A stretch of 64,000 nt of DNA from Candidatus Nanopelagicales bacterium (lineage in GTDB: Bacteria; Actinomycetota; Actinomycetes; S36-B12). The notes below the pieces were generated by a model that ran no database searches, was not told the DNA's origin, and saw nothing but the letters and a program-made list of their open reading frames with translations. The translations under genes and the position numbers were made by a program. The stretch's first letter is position 1, and the number at the start of each line of letters is the position of its first letter. Location of the stretch: positions 25,540 through 89,539 of the forward strand of contig JABAYF010000002.1 of the NCBI GenBank assembly GCA_018609125.1, given 5' to 3'. Positions 30,684 through 39,761 of the stretch are shown here, piece by piece.

Positions 30684-31865
30684 TCAGCGGCACGCGGTGT
30701 CTGCTAGCCCCACGGTCGCGTTTCGTCCCGTGGCAGCAACCTGGGCCACCTGGTCGGCAGTAAGTGCATAGCCGGTGTCGGGATCTCCCGCGCCAGAGGC
30801 GAAGATCACGCCCAGCACATCACCAGATGGTGACAGCAGTGGGCCACCGGAATTTCCTGGTCGCACCTCACCGCGGAAGGTATAAACCTCGCGGGTCGGC
30901 CCCACCCGGCCGTAGATGTTCTCCCCGCGGGCATCAACTACAGCACGGATTCGAGCGGGTGATGCGCGCAGGTCACCACCGCCGGGAAACCCTGCTGCAA
31001 CAGCGGAATCACCGGTGTCTGCCTGCGCTGCGCTGAATTCCAGTGCAGGTGCGAGCAGGTCTGGCACATAGATGACCGCCAGATCAAGTTCAGGATCAAA
31101 TACCACGACGCGACCGCGATAGGAATTGGGATCACCAGGAATCTGGATGCGCGGCTCGCTGATTCCGGCCACGACATGGGCGTTGGTCATGATGCGTTGT
31201 GGGGCATAGACAAAACCCGATCCGGTGATGTTGGTGGAGCAGGCCGGACCAAATACCCGCGCCAGTGAGGGCCAGGCCGCTCGCACGGCCACGTCACGCA
31301 ACAGGTCGGCATCGGGGGCGGGCACATCGGGCCCGGCATCAATGCCGATCCCCGCGAAGACGCGCGGTAAACCTGAGGCATCCACCGCGTCGCGCAGACC
31401 GATAAACCAGTCGCGGGCAGCGTCAGGAACCACGCGGTCGATACCGGTAATCACCACCGAGCTGCGCACCTGGCGCACCACGTTCTGATCAGGGAGAACC
31501 GTGACGGCCGAGGCCACGATCCACAGGATCACCGCGAGCGCGGTGACGTTGAGTGCGGCGCCGCCGATGTTGTCCAGGGTGCGCACGCTGTTCCATTCGA
31601 TTCCTGCGCGCAACCGGCGTCCAATAATGGATGCCAGAGTTTGGCCGATCAAGGCGAGGGTGACGATGGATCCGGCCAAAATGATCGCACCGGCGAAGTC
31701 AGAGATGGAAAATCGTTCCACCAGTGGGGGTAGGGCGATCGCGGCAAGTAACCCACCGCTGAGAAATCCGGCGAAAGAGGCCAGCCCGGCGACGAATCCT
31801 TGACGCCATCCTGTCCAGGCGAAAACCAGCAGGGCGCCGATGAGGACCCAGTCGACGATGTTCAC
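30684..31865 (-). CDS. marP: MarP-type membrane serine protease (CvpA-like TM domain + trypsin-like domain)
   Basis: Four N-terminal TM helices and triad blocks TNAHVV / DLAVIYV / GNSGGPL. GTG 31865 overlaps the upstream stop as GTGA. Rv3671c position. Confidence 0.85.
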   Translation of the reverse strand: MNIVDWVLIGALLVFAWTGWRQGFVAGLASFAGFLSGGLLAAIALPPLVERFSISDFAGAIILAGSIVTLALIGQTLASIIGRRLRAGIEWNSVRTLDNIGGAALNVTALAVILWIVASAVTVLPDQNVVRQVRSSVVITGIDRVVPDAARDWFIGLRDAVDASGLPRVFAGIGIDAGPDVPAPDADLLRDVAVRAAWPSLARVFGPACSTNITGSGFVYAPQRIMTNAHVVAGISEPRIQIPGDPNSYRGRVVVFDPELDLAVIYVPDLLAPALEFSAAQADTGDSAVAAGFPGGGDLRASPARIRAVVDARGENIYGRVGPTREVYTFRGEVRPGNSGGPLLSPSGDVLGVIFASGAGDPDTGYALTADQVAQVAATGRNATVGLADTACR

Positions 31866-32542
31866 GCAGCAGGACCCTCGAGATCTTCGATTCGATCTCG
31901 ATCCCAAGGTTGTGCCCAGCCACCAAAATCAAGGAGGCCACTGATGATTCCGGCGGTGAATCCCCACACCAGCAACCCGTGCACGCGAAAACCCATGCCG
32001 ACATAGCCGCTGGGATGACGGACCTGCAGCCGATTATCGGGGTCCACCAGGTCGGCGATGCTCACCCGATGCACGCTGGCTACCTCGTCGGCATCAACCA
32101 CGCTTACCGGGCCGGGGGTGTGCCACCAGGCCAGGATCGGGGTGACGATGAACCCCGATACCGGCACCCAAAGATCAGGCAGGGCACCGAAAATGCTGAC
32201 GCCGCTGTCATTGAGTCCAACTTCTTCTGCTGCTTCGCGCATGGCACAGGAACGCGCGTCAAGATCACCGGCATCCATTGCCCCGCCGGGGAAGGAGGGT
32301 TGTCCGGCGTGTGAACGCATGGTGTGGGACCGCTCGGTGATGAGTAGATCGGCAGCACCGTTGGATTCACCGATCAAGACCAGCACGGCCGAGTTACGGC
32401 CACCTTCGCGAGGTGGGGTGAACCGGGTGAGGGCGGTGGCCGGAACCCCGCGCACCCGGTCCTTTAGCGGCTCCAGCCAGGTGGGTACCGGCGCGGTGTC
32501 ATCAATCCAGCCAGTGCCTGGGGTTCGCTCCACAAATTTCAT
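31862..32542 (-). CDS. NUDIX hydrolase (CoA pyrophosphatase-like)
   Basis: Nudix box FPGGAMDAGDLDARSCAMREAAEEVGL. ATG 32542 lies 10 nt after the upstream stop. Confidence 0.8.
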   Translation of the reverse strand: MKFVERTPGTGWIDDTAPVPTWLEPLKDRVRGVPATALTRFTPPREGGRNSAVLVLIGESNGAADLLITERSHTMRSHAGQPSFPGGAMDAGDLDARSCAMREAAEEVGLNDSGVSIFGALPDLWVPVSGFIVTPILAWWHTPGPVSVVDADEVASVHRVSIADLVDPDNRLQVRHPSGYVGMGFRVHGLLVWGFTAGIISGLLDFGGWAQPWDRDRIEDLEGPAA

Positions 32543-32552
32543 GCCGGATCCT

Positions 32553-33983
32553 TCATGCCGGATCAATGCCCAGGTAGCTGGACAGCTGCTCGGCCAGTGC
32601 CTGCTGGGTGGGGAAAGCTCCGTCTTGGCGGCCTTGAATAACCCCGTCGGCATCAACGAAGAACGTCACCGGTGGGCCAGGAATAACCAGTGGCGCCCGA
32701 ATATCAAAACCTGGATCGCTCACCGACGCAAAACCGATGTCCAAGGCTGCGGCGAGGTCCAGGGCCGATCCGGGGCGGTCCTGCACGTCGATGCCCAGCA
32801 CGAGCAGTTCGTCGGAGTGATCGCGCGCGGCCTGGGCCAGATAGGGCATTTCGGCAATACAGGGCGGACACCACGAAGCCCAGATATTGATCAGCATCGG
32901 GGTGCCGCGCAGCCCAGACAGCACCACATCGGGTCCATCTCCCAAACAGGGCAGGGTGAGCACCGGCAGTCCACCGCCCACGCGACCGATCGGTTCAATC
33001 GCCACGGCAGTGCGGTCAGAGTCCGGGCACGGCGCTAACCCGGCGGCAATGATCAGTGCGGCCAGCGCCGGGTCGCGCGGTGAGGTGGTGGCGGCCCCAT
33101 CTGCTTGCGTAGTCGCCGTGGTGGAGACGCGTTCGCCAGCAATATTTCCATCGGCTGCCGAACATGCCGTGACCATGAAGACCGCAGCGATCGCGAGCAG
33201 GGCACCGCTTGATCGACGCTTCGGTGCGGGTTTAGGTTTCTTTGCCACCGGCAAGGTCTCCGCCGCATCCGTGGCACCCTCAGCCGAGGGGCACAGGGTC
33301 GCAAGTGGGCACTGCCCACATCGGGGTTTCCGCGCTACGCAACAGCGGCGGCCATGCCAGATCAGGTCCTGACTCACCATGGTCCAGTCAGGCTGCGGCA
33401 GGAGTTGCATGAGATCCTGCTCCACCTTGACCGGATCGGTCTGACTCGTCCAGCCCAGTCGCCGCGCCACCCGGCCCACATGGGTGTCCACGGTGATTCC
33501 GGGAATGCCAAACGCATAACCAAGCACCACGTTCGCTGTTTTTCGGCCCACTCCTGGCAGCGTCACCAACGCATCAAGTTCAGCGGGAACCTCCCCGCCG
33601 AAGCGTGCACATAATTGCCCGGCCAGCCCTTGAATATTGCGCGCCTTTGCCCGGTAGAACCCGGTGGTCCGGATCAGTTCTTCCAGCTCATCAGTGTCGG
33701 CACCGGCAAAGGCGGCCGCGTCGGGATAACGATCAAATAGCGCGGGCGTGACCGCGTTGACGCGCTTGTCGGTGCACTGCGCCGACAGCACCGTGGCGAT
33801 GAGTAGCTGCAACGGGTTGGCGAAGTCCAACTCGCAGTCAGCCTCGGGGTAGGTCACCCGCAAAACCTCAGCGGCGCGCAGAGCCTGCCCTGCCGATACG
33901 CCAGTGGTTGGAGATGACACCTCAAAAGGGTACGCCTGACCTGCGATCCATGGGCATCTCGGTGCAGCGCGTCGTCCATACAT
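32553..33983 (-). CDS. nth: endonuclease III fused in frame to a TlpA/ResA-like thioredoxin-fold lipoprotein domain
   Basis: HhH-GPD Nth core with a C-x6-C-x2-C-x5-C 4Fe-4S loop (CVARKPRCGQCPLATLC). It continues without a stop into a KKPKPAPKRR + hydrophobic + VTAC lipobox and a WASWCPPC redoxin domain. The 5' start (ATG 33983 or GTG 33920) is uncertain. Confidence 0.8.
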   Translation of the reverse strand: MYGRRAAPRCPWIAGQAYPFEVSSPTTGVSAGQALRAAEVLRVTYPEADCELDFANPLQLLIATVLSAQCTDKRVNAVTPALFDRYPDAAAFAGADTDELEELIRTTGFYRAKARNIQGLAGQLCARFGGEVPAELDALVTLPGVGRKTANVVLGYAFGIPGITVDTHVGRVARRLGWTSQTDPVKVEQDLMQLLPQPDWTMVSQDLIWHGRRCCVARKPRCGQCPLATLCPSAEGATDAAETLPVAKKPKPAPKRRSSGALLAIAAVFMVTACSAADGNIAGERVSTTATTQADGAATTSPRDPALAALIIAAGLAPCPDSDRTAVAIEPIGRVGGGLPVLTLPCLGDGPDVVLSGLRGTPMLINIWASWCPPCIAEMPYLAQAARDHSDELLVLGIDVQDRPGSALDLAAALDIGFASVSDPGFDIRAPLVIPGPPVTFFVDADGVIQGRQDGAFPTQQALAEQLSSYLGIDPA

Positions 33984-34042
33984 ACGACACAATGTCGGGA
34001 GTAGACGTACGTGTCTTTCGCCTAGACGAGGAGTGAACCGCG

Positions 34043-34717
34043 GTGGACGACGCCTTAATGCAGGCTCCGCTCTTTTCCGCTTTGGATGCCGAAGCGGCCG
34101 TAGCGCTGCGCGCATCCATGGTGGAGACTCTCGCCCCTCGTGGCACGATCATTTTTAACGAGGGCGAGATCGGCGACCACATGTATGTGATCGTCGGCGG
34201 CAAGATCAAACTTGGCCACGCCTCCAGCGATGGACGTGAGTCGCTTCTTGCGGTGCTCGGCCCCGGTGAAATTTTCGGCGAACTCTCCCTTTTTGATCCC
34301 GGCCCACGCACCGCCACCGCAACCGCCCTGACCGATGCCCGCGTGCTCGCGCTCGGCAACACCAGCCTGCATCCGTGGCTGGCGGGTCGACCCGAGGTTG
34401 CCGAGGCGCTGCTTGCCGCTCTGGCTCGACGGCTGCGTCGCACCAACGATGCTCTTGCTGACCTGGTGTTTTCCGATGTGCCCGGACGCGTGGCAAAAGC
34501 ACTGTTGGAGTTAGCCGATAAGTTCGGCACCTGGCACGAGGAGGGCACCCTGGTCAAGCACGACATGACCCAGGAAGAGCTCGCGCAGTTGGTGGGGGCC
34601 TCACGCGAAACGGTGAATAAGGCGCTGGCTGACTTCACCCAACGCGGCTGGATTCGGGTGGATCAGCGCGAGGTACTGCTGCTCAGCGTCGACCGTTTAG
34701 CTCGTCGCGCTCGCTAA
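34043..34717 (+). CDS. crp: Crp/Fnr family cAMP-responsive transcriptional regulator
   Basis: cNMP-binding domain (GEIFGELSLFD) and C-terminal HTH (REELAQLVGASRETVNKAL). Close to the recalled Mtb Crp/GlxR. Confidence 0.9.
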   Translation: MDDALMQAPLFSALDAEAAVALRASMVETLAPRGTIIFNEGEIGDHMYVIVGGKIKLGHASSDGRESLLAVLGPGEIFGELSLFDPGPRTATATALTDARVLALGNTSLHPWLAGRPEVAEALLAALARRLRRTNDALADLVFSDVPGRVAKALLELADKFGTWHEEGTLVKHDMTQEELAQLVGASRETVNKALADFTQRGWIRVDQREVLLLSVDRLARRAR

Positions 34718-35547
34718 CCGGCGTTGAGATAATCCAGTTGCGCCTGCGCTGATAGTTGCGCGGCAGGTCGCACCGCAGCCGGTATGTCGCCGTACACGAT
34801 CGACACAATCTCCGCCGCCGTGGTGGCACCCGCCGCCACTGCAGCGCGCACCTGGTTGAGTCGCTCATGACGATGATCGAGATAGTCGGCCACCACCGCA
34901 CCGGGGTTGTGTAGCGCCGGCCCATGCCCGGGCAGTAGCACTGCCGATTCTTGGTCGGCAATCACATCGGTGAGCCGGTGCAGTGAGTCAAGGTAGGCCT
35001 GCAGTTGGCCATCGGGCCAGGCCACGACCGTGGTGCCGCGGCCGAGCACCGTGTCGCCGGTGAGGAGTTGACGGTCATCGGCGAGAACAAAACACACCGA
35101 GTCTTGGGTATGCCCCGGTGTGGCGACGACTTCAACCGCGAGATCCCCGGCGCGTAAGTAGTCGCCCTCGCTGAGGCCTTCGCTGCCGTAGCGGTGCTGG
35201 GGATCTAGAGCCAACACGGGGGCACCGGTGCGTTCGTGCCAGCGGCGCGCGGCGGCCGAATGATCGCTGTGCCCGTGGGTGAGCAGCGTTGCGTGCACCC
35301 GGGCACCTTGAGCATTGATGTGCGCAAGCACCGCATCGAGGTGAGCATCATCTTCGGGCCCGGGATCAACGACAATGACCTCACCTGCGTCGGGCGACCC
35401 CAGGACCCAGGTGTTCGTGCCATCCAGGGTCATCGGGCTTGGGTTGGGGGCCAGGACACAAAACGCACGTTCGCCGATACGTCCCCCGGACCAGGGTTCG
35501 TCCATGCCACCGATATGTGCACCACTCACAATCGGGCGCCCGCTCAT
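34714..35547 (-). CDS. MBL-fold metallo-hydrolase
   Basis: THGHSDH metal-binding motif. Rv3677c position. Confidence 0.85.
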   Translation of the reverse strand: MSGRPIVSGAHIGGMDEPWSGGRIGERAFCVLAPNPSPMTLDGTNTWVLGSPDAGEVIVVDPGPEDDAHLDAVLAHINAQGARVHATLLTHGHSDHSAAARRWHERTGAPVLALDPQHRYGSEGLSEGDYLRAGDLAVEVVATPGHTQDSVCFVLADDRQLLTGDTVLGRGTTVVAWPDGQLQAYLDSLHRLTDVIADQESAVLLPGHGPALHNPGAVVADYLDHRHERLNQVRAAVAAGATTAAEIVSIVYGDIPAAVRPAAQLSAQAQLDYLNAG

Positions 35548-36416
35548 GCGTGGACACCCAGCGACTCCGAACCCGCCGGTGGGTCACCCATTGACCACAA
35601 CACGTCGCCGGTTGTTGCGTTGATGACCTCCCACACCACTTCGCCTGCCTCACTGAGTCGAGGTCGAGGAAGTAGGGGCTGCACGATGCGCTGTAGGGCG
35701 TGACTAGCTAGATCGCCCACCGACGTCAGCTCGCTCAGTTCGCGCAGGGTCGCAACCGTGGGGGGCAGCATCGCTAGTTCGCCGCGCGCGTAGGCGGCAA
35801 GTCCTTCGGTCGGCGTTATCCAGCGCACATGATCCGCTTCGCCGCTGACATCGCGAACCGGATGGTGTGCGGGCACCACGGCGGCATAAAACCGCACGTC
35901 ATACCGCCTGGTCTCGACCTCCGGAGTTATCCAGTGGCCCCACAGCGGTAGCAACGAGGTGTCGATGTGTAGACCGCGGCGTTGCAGCACCTGCGCAAAC
36001 TGCGCTGAATCGGCATCCACGGCGTTTCGATCGGCATCCCAGGTGTCGTCGATGATGGGCCAATCTCCCTGCTCATCGACAGCGAGCAGAACACCGGTTT
36101 CTTCGAAAACTTCCCGAATCGCACCCACAATGAGTGCCCGTGCTGATGGTTCGTCGGCGTTCATCCGCACCGCGTCAATGGGCCCCCGGATACCAATTTC
36201 GCCATCATAATCTTGGGCGTCGATCCGGCCGCCGGGGAAGACATGCATTCCTGCGGCGAAGGCCATGGTGGTGGTGCGACGCATCAGATAGGTCGAGATA
36301 CCGGCAGGCGTCTCGCGCAACAGAACCACGGTCGCTGCAGGCGCAGCCTCGGGCACCAACCACGAGCCATCACCGGCTGCGAGTGCGGCTGCGCGCCGAG
36401 TGAGTTCAGCCGGCAA
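35544..36416 (-). CDS. NUDIX hydrolase
   Basis: Nudix box elements FPGG...REVFEETGV. 4-nt overlap with the downstream MBL gene. Confidence 0.7.
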   Translation of the reverse strand: MPAELTRRAAALAAGDGSWLVPEAAPAATVVLLRETPAGISTYLMRRTTTMAFAAGMHVFPGGRIDAQDYDGEIGIRGPIDAVRMNADEPSARALIVGAIREVFEETGVLLAVDEQGDWPIIDDTWDADRNAVDADSAQFAQVLQRRGLHIDTSLLPLWGHWITPEVETRRYDVRFYAAVVPAHHPVRDVSGEADHVRWITPTEGLAAYARGELAMLPPTVATLRELSELTSVGDLASHALQRIVQPLLPRPRLSEAGEVVWEVINATTGDVLWSMGDPPAGSESLGVHA

Positions 36417-36430
36417 GCGCGGGGCGGAGC

Positions 36431-36895
36431 TCAGGCGGTCACCTCAAAAACAATTTCAACCTCCACCGGCACACCGAGAGGCAGGCTTGCTACGCCCACG
36501 GCAGAGCGCGCATGTCGCCCGGCATCCCCGAAGATTTCCAGCAAGATCTCACTGGCCCCATTAATCACCGCGGGTTGGGCGGTGAAGTCTGGTGCGCTGG
36601 CCACGAAGCCGAGCACCTTGACCACCCGCGCTAACCGGTCGACACCGCCGGCGGCCGCAGCGGCAGCCGCGATCGCATTGATCGCGCATTGGCGCGCACA
36701 GGCGTAGGCGGTGTCGGTGTCAACGTCACGGCCCACAATTCCGGTGGCCAAAAGTTCGCCCTTGCGGCTGGGCAGTTGCCCGGAGGTGTACGCGTAGGAG
36801 CCGGTAACCACTGCAGGCACGTACGCTGCCAGCGGGGGCACTACCTCGGGCAGTTCGATATCGAGCTCGGCTAGCCGCGCACTGATCGTGGTCAT
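36431..36895 (-). CDS. RidA/YjgF family reactive-intermediate deaminase
   Basis: Typical RidA length and C-terminal VEVEIVFEV block. Confidence 0.85.
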   Translation of the reverse strand: MTTISARLAELDIELPEVVPPLAAYVPAVVTGSYAYTSGQLPSRKGELLATGIVGRDVDTDTAYACARQCAINAIAAAAAAAGGVDRLARVVKVLGFVASAPDFTAQPAVINGASEILLEIFGDAGRHARSAVGVASLPLGVPVEVEIVFEVTA

Positions 36896-36899
36896 GGCT

Positions 36900-37058
36900 C
36901 TAGCCTGCCAGCGGGCGCTTGAGATAGGCCACCATGTTTTCCGGCTGCGGGCCGGGCACTACCTGCACCAGTTCCCAGCCGTCTGATCCCCAGGTGTCCA
37001 GGATCTGCTTGGTGGCATGAATGAGTAGGGGCACAGTTGCGTATTCCCAGGTCGTCAT
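36900..37058 (-). CDS. DUF4177-like small protein (52 aa, below the ORF-track cutoff)
   Basis: My own translation of the minus strand is MTTWEYATVPLLIHATKQILDTWGSDGWELVQVVPGPQPENMVAYLKRPLAG. The WEY...GWELV pattern recalls DUF4177. The gene fits exactly between ridA and the divergent ATPase gene. Confidence 0.6.
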   Translation of the reverse strand: MTTWEYATVPLLIHATKQILDTWGSDGWELVQVVPGPQPENMVAYLKRPLAG

Positions 37059-37129
37059 AGCCCGACCTTAGCGTGCATGGATCACCGCTCATCGCCACGT
37101 TGCGGCCGGGTCACCGTTAGTCTCATCAG

Positions 37130-38158
37130 GTGCCTGATCCCGACGATGCAACAACCCCCGACGGTAACGACTGGTCGGAGGTGATGCTGCACGTCGTTTC
37201 CGGCAAGGGCGGCACCGGCAAGACAACGGTGGCCGCCGCCCTGGCTTTGGCCCTCGCCCATGGCGGCAAACGGGTGATGCTGATGGAGGTTGAGGGTCGC
37301 CAAGGCCTCGCCCAACTCTTCGATACCCCGCCCCTGCCGTATGAAGAAACCAAATTGACCGTAGCGCCCGGTGGTGGCGAGGTGTGGGGTCTGGCTGTTG
37401 ATCCAGAGGAGGCGCTCCTGGAATACCTCGAGATGTTCTACAACCTGCGTCGAGCCGGATCCGTGTTGCGACGCATGGGTGCGATTGACTTCGTTACCAC
37501 CGTTGCCCCCGGTTTGCGCGATGTTCTCCTCACCGGCAAAGCAGTGGAGTTAGTGCGCCGCAAAGATAAGGACAGCAAAAGTCCCTACGATGCGGTGGTG
37601 GTGGATGCTCCACCCACCGGTCGCATCACTCGGTTTCTCAATGTCAACACCGAGATCGCGGGGCTGGCGAAGGTAGGTCCGGTTCGAAATCAAGCCGACT
37701 CGGTGATGAACGTCTTGCGCTCACCGCACACGGCAGTGCACCTGACCACCCTGCTGGAGGAAATGCCGGTACAGGAAACTATCGATGGCGTGGCAGAGCT
37801 CCACGACGCCGCACTCCCGGTAGGCGGAATCGTGGTCACCATGACTCGCCCGCCCCAGCTCAGTGACGAAGACCTCGAGTTGGCCCTGGTCGATAATCTG
37901 CCGCGCAGCACCATCGCTGCAGCCGTTGCGAGTGCAGGCCTAGGCTCGGCCCGCTCCAAGCAGGGCCGCGGGATCACCGATGCGCTGTTGACTGAAGCAC
38001 ACGACCATGCCACCCGAGTGCGCCTCGAGACCACCGAGCGCGACCGAATCAATCAACTGGGGCGACCGGTGTATGAATTGTCTTTCGTGCCAGGCGGTAT
38101 TGACCTGGCCGCGCTTTATGATCTCGCCGAATCCCTCCGACAGCAGCACATGGCATGA
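37130..38158 (+). CDS. ArsA/Get3-like P-loop ATPase (Rv3679-like)
   Basis: Deviant Walker A GKGGTGKTT and a DAPPTG block. The start could instead be the ATG at 37184. Confidence 0.8.
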   Translation: MPDPDDATTPDGNDWSEVMLHVVSGKGGTGKTTVAAALALALAHGGKRVMLMEVEGRQGLAQLFDTPPLPYEETKLTVAPGGGEVWGLAVDPEEALLEYLEMFYNLRRAGSVLRRMGAIDFVTTVAPGLRDVLLTGKAVELVRRKDKDSKSPYDAVVVDAPPTGRITRFLNVNTEIAGLAKVGPVRNQADSVMNVLRSPHTAVHLTTLLEEMPVQETIDGVAELHDAALPVGGIVVTMTRPPQLSDEDLELALVDNLPRSTIAAAVASAGLGSARSKQGRGITDALLTEAHDHATRVRLETTERDRINQLGRPVYELSFVPGGIDLAALYDLAESLRQQHMA

Positions 38159-39330
38159 GTCAGACTCCGCTTGAGATCAACGCACCAGTCCTTGATCTCA
38201 ATTCCGTCATCGCCGACCCGGATACGCGCATCATCGTGTGCTGCGGCGCCGGTGGGGTGGGCAAAACCACCACCGCAGCCGCCCTGGCACTCGTTGCAGC
38301 GGATCAAGGTCGCCGCGTGTGCGTGCTCACCATCGATCCAGCCCGGCGGCTTGCCCAAGCCATGGGCCTTACCGAACTCGATAACACTCCGCGCGCAGTG
38401 CAGGGCGTCACCGGTACCGGCACCCTCGACGCGATGATGCTCGACATGAAGCGCACCTTTGACGAAGTGGTCGAATCACACAGCGATCCTGAACGGGCGC
38501 AACAGATATTAGAGAATCCGTTTTACCAGGCCCTGTCCTCATCTTTCGCCGGTACACAGGAGTACATGGCGATGGAAAAACTGTCTCAGCTGCGTGCACA
38601 GGCCGATGCTGACGGACGCTGGGATCTCATCATCGTTGACACCCCGCCATCACGATCTGCACTGGACTTTCTCGATGCACCCGAACGTCTTGGGTCTTTT
38701 CTTGATGGTCGCTTCATTCGGGTTCTCACCGCTCCCGCTCGTGGCGCCGGGCGCGGAATCGGCCGACTGCTGGGGGCTGGATTCGGGTTGTTCGCCAACG
38801 TGCTCACCAAGATTCTTGGTGCGCAGTTGCTGACCGATCTTGGTTCTTTTGTCGCTGCGGTTGACACCATGTTCGGCGGTTTCCGCGAACGCGCGGTGGC
38901 CACCTATGAACTGCTCAAAGACCCCGGCACGTCCTTCGTAGTTGTCGCCGCCCCCGAACGCGATGCGCTGCGCGAAGCTTCGTTTTTCGTGGAACGTCTT
39001 GATGACGATCAGATGCCCCTCGCCGGCCTCGTACTCAACCGGGTGGCACAGACCCGCATGCGCGACCTGAGCGCGGCGGAAGCCACTGTGGCTGCTGACC
39101 ACGTAGCGCAAACATCGCCGGCGACGGCATCACTGCTCAGACTGCACGCGCAGCGCCAGCGCAGCGTGGGCGATCAGGAGCGCTTAGCTCAGCGGTTTAT
39201 TGGTGCCCATCCCAGCGTTGCCATTGCCCAGGTCATCGCGCTGCCCGAAGACGTGCATGATCTCAACGGGCTGCGCCAGGTGGGTGAGCTCCTCGTCGGG
39301 GCGGACAGGCCGACGTCGGAGGAAAATTAG
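38155..39330 (+). CDS. ArsA/Get3-like P-loop ATPase (Rv3680-like)
   Basis: Walker A GAGGVGKTT and a DTPPSRSALDFL block. 4-nt overlap with the preceding ATPase gene. Confidence 0.8.
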   Translation: MSQTPLEINAPVLDLNSVIADPDTRIIVCCGAGGVGKTTTAAALALVAADQGRRVCVLTIDPARRLAQAMGLTELDNTPRAVQGVTGTGTLDAMMLDMKRTFDEVVESHSDPERAQQILENPFYQALSSSFAGTQEYMAMEKLSQLRAQADADGRWDLIIVDTPPSRSALDFLDAPERLGSFLDGRFIRVLTAPARGAGRGIGRLLGAGFGLFANVLTKILGAQLLTDLGSFVAAVDTMFGGFRERAVATYELLKDPGTSFVVVAAPERDALREASFFVERLDDDQMPLAGLVLNRVAQTRMRDLSAAEATVAADHVAQTSPATASLLRLHAQRQRSVGDQERLAQRFIGAHPSVAIAQVIALPEDVHDLNGLRQVGELLVGADRPTSEEN

Positions 39331-39641
39331 GAAGCTTGCGAGACCTCAGCGGCCGGATCGGCGGCGCGACGGTACTCATCGCGAGCACTGATCAGAAGTT
39401 CGCGCCAGGAGGTGACCTGCGGGCGACGGCGCAAAAGTGCACGACGCTCACGCTCGGTCATGCCGCCCCACACACCAAACTCAACTCGATTGTCGAGGGC
39501 ATCGGCGAGGCACTCGGTGCGTACGACGCAGCGGGAGCAAATGACCTTGGCGCGGTTTTGGGCCGCCCCCTGCACGAAAAGTGCATCTGGGTCCGACGTA
39601 CGACAGGCGGCCTGGGCCGTCCACTCGTTCGAGGTTGACAT
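39327..39641 (-). CDS. whiB4: WhiB family Fe-S redox-sensing transcription factor (WhiB4-like)
   Basis: Four Cys pattern C-x22-C-x2-C-x5-C and GVWGGMTERERRAL. Very similar to recalled Mtb WhiB4. ATG 39641 is chosen because AAGGGGAG lies 7 nt upstream (ORF track start is 39689). Confidence 0.9.
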   Translation of the reverse strand: MSTSNEWTAQAACRTSDPDALFVQGAAQNRAKVICSRCVVRTECLADALDNRVEFGVWGGMTERERRALLRRRPQVTSWRELLISARDEYRRAADPAAEVSQAS

Positions 39642-39761
39642 TGATGTGCTCCCCTTCCCTCGAGGCCCGGTAGCCTCATTTCGCACCATGAGTCACGCGT
39701 GAGCACTTCTGTCCCGTGTGATGGCCGGGACGTTACGCGCCTGACTCATCAGCAGACAGGT

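Noticed and set aside
32058-33038. Long alternate-frame or antisense ORFs. Examples: 32058-33038 (+), 47039-48061 (+), 27639-28712 (-), 24006-24839 (-), 3288-4100 (-), 44000-44863 (+), 20793-21521 (-), 33922-34638 (-), 51697-52380 (-)
   Set aside because: They lie entirely inside or opposite genes with clear family motifs. Their translations are Arg/Pro/Gly/Ala-rich low-complexity strings typical of stop-poor off-frames in high-GC DNA, and no motif was recognisable.
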